Source: Candidatus Bathyarchaeia archaeon (lineage in GTDB: Archaea; Thermoproteota; Bathyarchaeia; Bathyarchaeales; Bathycorpusculaceae). From it: 64,000 nucleotides of DNA. Shown one piece after another: positions 42,171-49,809 of the stretch (positions are counted from its first letter, which is position 1; the number at the start of each line of letters is the position of its first letter). The stretch covers positions 1-64,000 of the forward strand of contig JBEKXL010000012.1 in assembly GCA_049512075.1 (NCBI GenBank). Direction: 5' to 3'. A program made the position numbers and the translations under genes. The notes under the pieces are model-generated. The model saw only the letters and a program-made list of their open reading frames with translations. It did no database searches and was not told the DNA's origin.

Positions 42171-42673
42171 ATTTAAGAATATGTGACCGTAACCACACAG
42201 CAAAAACGCGTTAAAATTCTGTAAGCTGGAAAAGCCACGACAGATAAGTTTACAGTATCGACTTGACAGAACCCCTATAAGAAACAATGGACATAGATAG
42301 ACTCGGTAAGAAGATGCCAAAGAAAAGAGCACACGCAGGACTCAAGAAGAAGAAACATAAAGAAGCATAATCAACGCGCACGCGCCAATAGAATAAGAAC
42401 AATATCGCCTCCAATACCCGACTTGTTATAGGGTGAACCATCACCCGAAAAGAGACCAGAACCTAAAATGAAATGAGGGAAGATGGTAGCTTTACTCACT
42501 AGGGAGAAAAGGGGAGAAGAGAGAAAAACTTACCACCATTTCCCTCAGTCAATTTCGACTATACACATGTTGGTTACTTTTAAGTTTTTCTTCGATTTTT
42601 TGAATCGTGCGCGCTAGCCCAGATGGAAAAAGTTTAATTAAATGCAATAGTCTAAACTCCCCCACAGACAAAT

Positions 42674-43195
42674 ATGAACAGCGTCGTTATTCTCTGTGGA
42701 GGAAATAGTTGTGGAAAAACAACTACTCTGAAAGGCTTTTTCAAAGTGAAAGGTAACCACAGTCCAGAATCCTACATTGAAAGGAAACTTGATGGTAGGA
42801 GAATATGTGCTGTCAGTTTTAGTTCTCCTCAAGAACAGGAACCGTTCTGCGAGGTCAGACTTGTCAACGATAACATCAAGAATCGAATAATAGAGTGCGA
42901 GAAGAATACTAATGGCGAACCATACATTTTGATTATCCCTTTCACGATGAGCGGGAGTAGAAAGAAAAGAAAGAAAATCAACGAGGACTGCATTCTCAAA
43001 CCCATTGAAAAATTGAGGGAAAAGTTCAAAGTCTTTGTTATTTACCTAAGGAAAACCAATGCTCGGAACCTCGAAGATAAAGATGCTTTGATGAAACGGA
43101 TTGCATTGAAAATGGTCGAAACCACAAAAGATGATTATGATAAGTCAGCAGAGTTAGAGAAGTACCTTAAGGGAGTAGTCATAGAATCACATTGA
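42674..43195 (+). CDS. Small P-loop NTPase-like hypothetical protein
   Basis: GGNSCGKTT Walker A; AT-rich. Confidence 0.6.
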   Translation: MNSVVILCGGNSCGKTTTLKGFFKVKGNHSPESYIERKLDGRRICAVSFSSPQEQEPFCEVRLVNDNIKNRIIECEKNTNGEPYILIIPFTMSGSRKKRKKINEDCILKPIEKLREKFKVFVIYLRKTNARNLEDKDALMKRIALKMVETTKDDYDKSAELEKYLKGVVIESH

Positions 43196-43906
43196 TTGTC
43201 TACATCCAACGACAGTTAACAAGGAAACAATCCCATGAGAGCGCGCGCCTTACGGAACCGCGAGCGCGATGGGAAGCTGTGGTACAATAGGCATCATTTC
43301 TGCTTCATTGCTTCTTTCTTCTTTTTTTCTTCTTTCATCCTTTCTCTCTTTCTTTTAGTTGTCATCGCGTCACGTTCTATTTACCATATATCTCTAACAA
43401 TTTCGTATACTTGTTGTAAAGAATATCTATTTCTATGTTTCCTTGCTAATTTTCCTATTTCACGCGCCCTTACGGAACCCGCGCGCGTCTATAGCAGCAT
43501 AAAGTAGTCCGTCCTTGGATAGCGAGCTTTAACTCAACGGTTTCTCATAAGACTTAGCTGGTGAAAGTCGAAATAATCATGGTGCCTATGATGATAATCA
43601 CGTCAGTATGAAGGGATTTAAGTTTGGTCCTTTTTTCCCAAGATGATTTGACATTAAATTGATTCTGAGGCGCCACAACACCATCTTCTAAAGTAGGCTC
43701 ACAATGAGCTTGCAGAGCAACTGAAAGAAGAGAAAAAACTCGGTGAAGGAATAAAGAGAAATTTGGTTTGGTTTGGATAAAACTTTACCCCCCCCAAACC
43801 CTGCCGAAGCAGCAAAGAAAAACAGAGGCCCAGCAAAATCTGCCAAACCGCTTTATATCTTCATCTCTTCAACCTTTAGCTAGCTAGGGGGCAAAACTGT
43901 CGGTGA

Positions 43907-44053
43907 TTAAAAAGCCTTCAGAGCCTTCATTTGATTAGATAACTTGAGTTTAACACAGTTAGTGCAAACCGCGACAAATACCTTCTCATTAGGAAAACCC
44001 ACTGCATACGACACTATTTCTGCTCCACACTTGGGGCACTTCACTTGCGACAT
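43907..44053 (-). CDS. Small zinc-ribbon protein (48 aa)
   Basis: CPKC...CTNC; GAGG upstream of the ATG. Confidence 0.6.
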   Translation of the reverse strand: MSQVKCPKCGAEIVSYAVGFPNEKVFVAVCTNCVKLKLSNQMKALKAF

Positions 44054-44235
44054 TCTTCTACCTCAGCTATCCGACTGATCAATCAAATTGAAACAGACAC
44101 TTAAACGGTATTTCAAGCAGCAGAATATTACCAAAAAAGTGCGCGCGCAAACCCAAGTTTTGATTTTTCGGCAGTTCGTCATCAAAAATGTTAATTAATG
44201 GCCCAGCTTATTGCAGTGCAGATGGAAGGATAGGC

Positions 44236-44604
44236 GTGAGCGACGAGATTTCGCAGCTTCCGCAGCCAGTTCAAGAACGTTTACTCAGGCTTCAACAGCT
44301 CCAACAAACGCTTCAATCAATTCTTGGGCAGAAACAACAGGTGGAGCTTGAGGCAACCGAGATTGATCAAGCCTTGAATGAACTGCAAAAAATGACTGAC
44401 GACGCGGTGATATACAAGGCCGCAGGTACCTTGTTGATGAGGTCTGAACGGGCGAAAGTGATCACTGAATTAACTGATAGAAAGGACCTGCTGAACACAC
44501 GAGCCACGATTCTCGTAAAACAAGAAGAGCGTTTACGCGGTCAACTAAAAGACGTGCAGACAAAGCTTCAACAAGACCTGAACCCAGTTTCTCCTCCTTC
44601 CTAG
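44236..44604 (+). CDS. pfdB: Prefoldin beta subunit
   Basis: LQQLQQ...QKQQ...ALNEL...IYKAAG. Confidence 0.93.
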   Translation: MSDEISQLPQPVQERLLRLQQLQQTLQSILGQKQQVELEATEIDQALNELQKMTDDAVIYKAAGTLLMRSERAKVITELTDRKDLLNTRATILVKQEERLRGQLKDVQTKLQQDLNPVSPPS

Positions 44605-44621
44605 CAAATTGCCGCTTCTAA

Positions 44622-44933
44622 GTGAGGTTTATGGAAGCGCTGGGAATACCAGAGTTAACCACTGAGCAGATTGAGGAGCTGTGTCTGATCGCGGAGAAAG
44701 CGGCCAGAGAACACGTTCTGTCAAAAGTCCCTTCGAAAAAGATAGAAACACTAGACATTAGCGCCGAAGCAGAGGGTACAAGACCTGTAGCGTTGAGGAT
44801 TGACGTGGCCGTCACGTTGTCTCCTTCAATGAAAAGCTTCGACGTGAAGAAACTCGTGGACGAAGCTGTTAGAGAAGCGTTTATTTCTGCTGAAAAACAC
44901 TTGAGGGAAATAGCGTGTCATTCACAGAAATAA
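44622..44933 (+). CDS. DUF3194 family protein
   Basis: GIPELTTEQIEELC; usual neighbour of pfdB. Confidence 0.75.
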   Translation: MRFMEALGIPELTTEQIEELCLIAEKAAREHVLSKVPSKKIETLDISAEAEGTRPVALRIDVAVTLSPSMKSFDVKKLVDEAVREAFISAEKHLREIACHSQK

Positions 44934-45913
44934 TCAACCTTTTGGACGCGGTTGACGCCAAGTTTGTTGTTCTGCTGTGCCACCATAATGCCGATCCAGA
45001 CGCAATCTGTTCGGCGTATGCCCTTTCAAGCTTGCTAAGACAGTCACGACCACAAATGATTGTTGAGGTTGGGGCTGCACATGGGATAAGTCGACTTTCA
45101 AAGCATCTCCTCGAACATTTGCCAGTAGAAGTGAAAACACAACCGAGTGTAGAGAAAGCACAGGCGATAGTGTTGCTCGACACGAACACTGTCCAGCAGT
45201 TGGACGATTTGGCTGATAGAGTTATGAATTCGAAGGCTCCACTCATCGTTGTTGATCATCACATCGTTCACCCCGAAACCAAGCAGCTGGCGAAGATTTC
45301 TATAACCGATGAGGCGGCATCATCCACGTGCGAGATCGTGTACGACTTCTACAGGCAAACGGGAATAAAACCTGGCGGAAACGAGGCCAAGGCCCTGTTC
45401 TTAGGCATAGCTTTTGACACGCGGCATTTTATCTTAGCCAACTCGTCCACGTTGAAAAACATCGTGGGACTCATCGATGCCGGCGTGAACGCCCAAGAGG
45501 CACTCTCACTGCTCTCGTTGCCCATGGATTTCTCCGAGCGCGTGGCGAGGCTTAAAGCTTCTAGGAGAACCAAACTCTTCAAGGTCGGAGAATGGATAAT
45601 CGCTTTGTCACACGTCAGTGCCTACGAGGCTTCAGCCGCGCGGGCGATGGTAGAGCTGGGGGCCCACGTTGCTGCCGTAGCCGGGGAGAGAGATGGAAAC
45701 TTGGAAATTAGCCTGCGCAGTTCAATTGACTTCTACAAGAAAACGGATGTTCACCTCGGAAAAGACGTGGCGAAGCCGTTGGGCGAATACCTTCACGGTA
45801 TGGGCGGAGGACACGCCACAGCAGCGGGAGTCAACGGGAAAGGCGACATAGAAATCGGGCTCAAACGTTGCCTGTGGCTTTTGAAGGAAAAACTGGGTAA
45901 CCATAATTATTAG
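44915..45913 (+). CDS. DHH family phosphoesterase (NrnA-like)
   Basis: HHNADPDA, DHH, DT, SLRS and GGGHATAAG. Confidence 0.92.
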   Translation: MSFTEIINLLDAVDAKFVVLLCHHNADPDAICSAYALSSLLRQSRPQMIVEVGAAHGISRLSKHLLEHLPVEVKTQPSVEKAQAIVLLDTNTVQQLDDLADRVMNSKAPLIVVDHHIVHPETKQLAKISITDEAASSTCEIVYDFYRQTGIKPGGNEAKALFLGIAFDTRHFILANSSTLKNIVGLIDAGVNAQEALSLLSLPMDFSERVARLKASRRTKLFKVGEWIIALSHVSAYEASAARAMVELGAHVAAVAGERDGNLEISLRSSIDFYKKTDVHLGKDVAKPLGEYLHGMGGGHATAAGVNGKGDIEIGLKRCLWLLKEKLGNHNY

Positions 45914-45967
45914 GCCGCAAGTAACTGGTACGCGCGCGAAAAGGCTTTCCTGAGAGTCTTACAAAGC

Positions 45968-46094
45968 GGTGCCGACGGGAAAGTACCTGGCCCCGCCCAC
46001 CAATGGCGGGCCCTTTCGGGCAATCGCCGCGCGGCCTTGGTTTTCCTCAGATTTTCTCCTCGCCCCGGGCCGCGTTTTGGCGAAGCGGAAGGGC
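45968..46094. ncRNA. Candidate GC-rich structured RNA (long hairpin)
   Basis: Nested pairings GCCCTTTCG/CGGAAGGGC, TCGCC/GGCGA and GCGCGGCC/GGCCGCGT. Confidence 0.4.
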
Positions 46095-46098
46095 TTAT

Positions 46099-46403
46099 AG
46101 CGCGCTGCCTTGTCCCGAAATTGGTGTAAAGTGGTCATAATTCTTGTTTTCGGGTTTAGGGGCAGTTTTGAGGCACATATGTGTTTTTAGCCCTTCTGTG
46201 TGCCTTGACTTTCAAGATGGGCTAAGTGTAGCCTCAACGGCTTATGGGAATAACTACTTCCATCCGGCTTTGATGGAACCCCCTGATTTGCCGGCTTTCA
46301 GCGCGGTCAGGATTTGCCTATGAAACAAGCCCAAATCAAGCTGCAATAGACAAAAGAAGAATAAAAACCATTTTAGACCATTTTAGGGACAAGCCAGCGC
46401 GCT
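46099..46403. mobile_element. GCGCGC-bounded inverted-repeat element B (MITE-like)
   Basis: 31/37 inverted identity: tagcgcgctgccttgtcccgaaattggtgtaaagtgg vs cagcgcgctggcttgtccctaaaatggtctaaaatgg; AGCGCGCT on both sides. Confidence 0.78.
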
Positions 46404-46487
46404 GGACCTAGAACCTTCTTCTGTAGCTGATAATGCAGAGAATTAATTACCCAAAAGAGTACAATTATAGTGAAAGGAAGAGTGTAA

Positions 46488-48584
46488 ATGAAGAAGCTAG
46501 TTTCTGGAATGATGTTTACGTTGCTTGTGCTTGGCACGTTAACTTTAACTCTTAACGTTCAGCCTGCAATATCTTCGCCTGCAACAATCACGGTTCCCGA
46601 CGATTACGCGACGATACAGGCTGCAATAAACGCAGCCAATGCTGGAGACACAATATACGTACGCAATGGAATCTATCCAGAGCACATAGAAGTCAACAAA
46701 ACCGTCACGTTAATAGGCGAAAGCAACCAGAACACCATCATAGAAGCCCACACAGTAGACAGTTTTCACATTGGCGTTCACATTGGCGCCAGCAACACTA
46801 TAGTTGAAAACTTTAGAATCGTCCCGCCTAATTCAACTGACTTTAAGGAAATTCCAACCCTTGTCTTCATCGATGGACGCACAACTCCTTGCTCTAACGG
46901 CACAATAAGAAACTGTGTCTTCGTATTCGCAACCGATGTGGAAGCAGGTGCAGACGCGATAGACATCTATAGCTCCGCAAACAACACCGTCACTGGCAAC
47001 CTGATAACCATTGCAGACAAGACTGACGCTGGAATAGCAGTGCTGGTAGGCTCTGCTGGCAACCTAATAGACAACAACACTATAACGGGAGGTTGGGAAG
47101 GCATCACCATAGACTTCGCCGACAACAACATTCTGTCAAACAACTACATCACCGACCAAACTCCTTTGTCCCAGCCCGGTTTTCCGCTCTCGTCTGGTGC
47201 AGTGTACTTAAGTGTGACTTCTGGCGACACAATCAAAGGAAACACACTCGTAAACAACACCATCGCCATAAACCCCGACAACAAAGTAGACAACTGCCTC
47301 ATCTACAACAACAACTTCATCAATAACACCCAGCAAGCACTCGTCGGAAACACCGTGACGCGCATAGCCTGGGACAACGGCTACCCTTCTGGCGGAAACT
47401 ACTGGAGTGGCTATAGCGGCATAGATTCATACAGTGGTCCTAATCAGAACGTCCCAGGCAGCGATAAGATAGGCGACCAACCATACATTATTGATGCAAA
47501 CAACACAGACCATTATCCACTTATGTTACCATACGGTGCACGCGCGCCTTATTTTAGCGTTGAAACTCAGAACGTGACGATGGGTCCAGGGCCGGCAGTC
47601 GGGCAATACTTTACGATAACTGTAAAGCTCCACAACATCACATCAGATAATGTTCCATATGGTCTTGCCGGTGTTGCGGTTGGTTTACAGTGGAATAACA
47701 CTCTCATAGAACCAACGGCGTTCGATGACAGAATAGGGCAACCGGGCGGAGTGCTCGTGGGCTCTGTGATCTACGGCCTAACGCCTGGTTTCTATAATAA
47801 ATCGGGCAATCGTATCTCTTCACCGCCATACACTAATGCCACGAATTTCGGAGTTCTGGCCGCATCGACAGCTGGTGGATGGTGGGGCAATGGCACAGTT
47901 GCCGTGATTACCTTTAAAGTTGTATATCAACCCATCCTACCGGAGCCATCGGCCTCCTGTGGCCTAAGCTTTGTACCGGGCACGGGTGCAGGTGACACAG
48001 ATCTCGCTGAGTATACCGGCTCTAACGCGCAAGAAGTGGGTTTTGACGTGGAAAACGGTAGCTACACAATTCTGCCGTACGCGCCCAATGATACTTCACC
48101 GCCCATAACGACCCTGACGATTGGTGAGCCAAAATACGTAGATCCCGTGTCTAACGTCACCTACGTCACTCAATACACTCCTTTCACTTTGGAAGCCTAT
48201 GATAATGAGTCGGGAGTTTCATACACTGCCTATCACATATACAATTCTACGTATGATGGCGGCTGGCAGAACTACACGACACCATTCGTTCTTGGCCCAT
48301 TGAAAGATGGAACTTATACTATCGAGTTTTACAGTGTAGACAACGCTGGGAATGTGGAAGCCACAAATTCAGTGAACGTCACGTTACACTGGCTCTATGG
48401 AGACGTCAATCATGACGGAAGAGTGAGCCTAAGTGACCTTGCACTCGTCGCTACAGCTTATCGCTCACGCCCAGGCGATCCCAACTGGAACCAATACGCA
48501 GACCTCGCCCCACCGTGGGGCATCATAAGCCTGACCGACCTCGTCACAGTAGCAGTTCACTACGGCCAAACCTTCCATCCGTAA
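46488..48584 (+). CDS. Secreted modular protein: NosD/PbH1, cohesin-like, Ig-like, dockerin
   Basis: Signal peptide; VPDDYATIQAAI; WDNGYPSGGNYW; GPGPAVGQ cohesin-like module; YSVDNAGNVE; GDVNHDGRVSLSDL. Confidence 0.82.
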   Translation: MKKLVSGMMFTLLVLGTLTLTLNVQPAISSPATITVPDDYATIQAAINAANAGDTIYVRNGIYPEHIEVNKTVTLIGESNQNTIIEAHTVDSFHIGVHIGASNTIVENFRIVPPNSTDFKEIPTLVFIDGRTTPCSNGTIRNCVFVFATDVEAGADAIDIYSSANNTVTGNLITIADKTDAGIAVLVGSAGNLIDNNTITGGWEGITIDFADNNILSNNYITDQTPLSQPGFPLSSGAVYLSVTSGDTIKGNTLVNNTIAINPDNKVDNCLIYNNNFINNTQQALVGNTVTRIAWDNGYPSGGNYWSGYSGIDSYSGPNQNVPGSDKIGDQPYIIDANNTDHYPLMLPYGARAPYFSVETQNVTMGPGPAVGQYFTITVKLHNITSDNVPYGLAGVAVGLQWNNTLIEPTAFDDRIGQPGGVLVGSVIYGLTPGFYNKSGNRISSPPYTNATNFGVLAASTAGGWWGNGTVAVITFKVVYQPILPEPSASCGLSFVPGTGAGDTDLAEYTGSNAQEVGFDVENGSYTILPYAPNDTSPPITTLTIGEPKYVDPVSNVTYVTQYTPFTLEAYDNESGVSYTAYHIYNSTYDGGWQNYTTPFVLGPLKDGTYTIEFYSVDNAGNVEATNSVNVTLHWLYGDVNHDGRVSLSDLALVATAYRSRPGDPNWNQYADLAPPWGIISLTDLVTVAVHYGQTFHP

Positions 48585-48633
48585 AAACCGCGCGCGCCTA
48601 TACACCTACAGCTATCCATACCGCTCGCGCTAG

Positions 48634-48717
48634 TACGCTGATCTCGACAGAAACGAACGAGTAAGCCTAACGGATCTGGTCACGCTAGCAATACACTATG
48701 GACAACAAAGCCTATAA
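48634..48717 (+). pseudogene. Orphan dockerin half-repeat
   Basis: YADLDRNERVSLTDLVTLAIHYGQQSL*. Confidence 0.7.
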
Positions 48718-48845
48718 CCCCATTCTTGTCATCTGTGAAGTTGCAAGGTTCTGGTACCTCTTCGTCTGTTCTGAAGTGCTGTTTCTTTTCGTCTGCTGGC
48801 TTGCGCGACAGGAACAAGAAAACGAGTAGACCTTTCTTTAGGGTT

Positions 48846-49561
48846 CTGTAAACTCTCCGTTTGGTTTATCTCCCTGTAAACTTTCGTTTGGTGGTTCTGA
48901 TACTGTAAACTTATCTGTCATGGCTTGATTTTTACTGTTGTTTGAATCTAGTTCTCAGCATGTGCTTCATCTAGCGAAACTTCAGTAACTCCTGAATCTT
49001 TTTGAACTTAAGCATGCGTACTGCAACTGCGACAGAAGTGAAGAGGGTGAGAATCATCAATATGGTCTGGAATGCAACTGGAGCTGTCGAGAAGAACAGG
49101 TCTAGAAGAGACAGGAGTGCCAAGATAAACGCAATCGGGAGAGCTGCAAATAACGCCAGAGCGAATACCATTAATTTGAGGGTATCAGAAGCCGACTGAT
49201 GCGCAAAGTAACAGGCTATTGTTCCAAATAGAATCATTGCTGGAATTTCGACAATGAGAAAAAAGCTTGGCGCAAGCACTATTATAGCGGTCAGTATTTT
49301 TCCAGCATTCATGAGACCCACTATGTGAAACGGCGGCACGTCCCCGACCATGAAGAACTGATAGTACAGAAGAAAAACAGCGAGCATGAAAAAGACTTCT
49401 GCAATTCCACCGACAACCCACACTTTTTCTTGCCTTGTTAAATCACTGAATCTTCTGCGACCTTCACTCATAATTTCACCTTACGGAACCCAAGTATATT
49501 AGCGCACTCATTGTTCAGTTAAGCGACAAGTAACCAGATAGTGTAAACTTATCTGTCATGG
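48846..49561. repeat. CTGTAAACT tandem copies and a 20-bp direct repeat flanking a membrane ORF
   Basis: CTGTAAACT at 48846, 48874 and 48903; TGTAAACTTATCTGTCATGG at 48904 and 49542. Confidence 0.7.
48971..49471 (-). CDS. Hypothetical membrane protein
   Basis: About 4 TM helices; GGTGA upstream of the ATG. Confidence 0.65.
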   Translation of the reverse strand: MSEGRRRFSDLTRQEKVWVVGGIAEVFFMLAVFLLYYQFFMVGDVPPFHIVGLMNAGKILTAIIVLAPSFFLIVEIPAMILFGTIACYFAHQSASDTLKLMVFALALFAALPIAFILALLSLLDLFFSTAPVAFQTILMILTLFTSVAVAVRMLKFKKIQELLKFR

Positions 49562-49595
49562 TTTAGCATTTTAGATTTTTCTTTTGCGAGCCCAC

Positions 49596-49802
49596 ATGAG
49601 TTATCGGAAAAAACGGTCTAAGCCTTGACTTGTCGTTAGAAAACAAGGCAACAAACCTGTCAAAGTCGTAGCTGGAAAGCGTTTTCGCTTGAAAAAGCGA
49701 GCCCAAAAAGAAGCGAATAGTCTAAACAAAAATTACAAGGGTAGCGGAATCAGGTTTGTCGTAAGGAAAGAGGGCGGGAATAGGAAGCGTTGGTGGTCAT
49801 AG
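49596..49802 (+). pseudogene. Small basic protein with internal TGA (49626-49628)
   Basis: MSYRKKRSKP*LVVRKQGNKPVKVVAGKRFRLKKRAQKEAN...RKRWWS. Confidence 0.45.
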
Positions 49803-49809
49803 TAGACAG

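Noticed and set aside
45968-46100. RNase P, SRP or 5S RNA
   Set aside because: Only loose similarity (GGGAAAGTACC, GAAGGGCTTA); too short and lacks the conserved helices
48494-48717. DGR template and variable repeat pair
   Set aside because: Differences are not adenine-specific and include indels; no reverse transcriptase in the window
48846-48923. CRISPR mini-array
   Set aside because: Repeats are only 9-20 nt with a period of about 29 nt; no unique spacers of normal length and no cas genes
9501-49802. Stop-codon recoding (Sec, Pyl or an alternative code)
   Set aside because: The internal stops are two TAA and one TGA in dispensable genes, while all three stop codons terminate core genes normally
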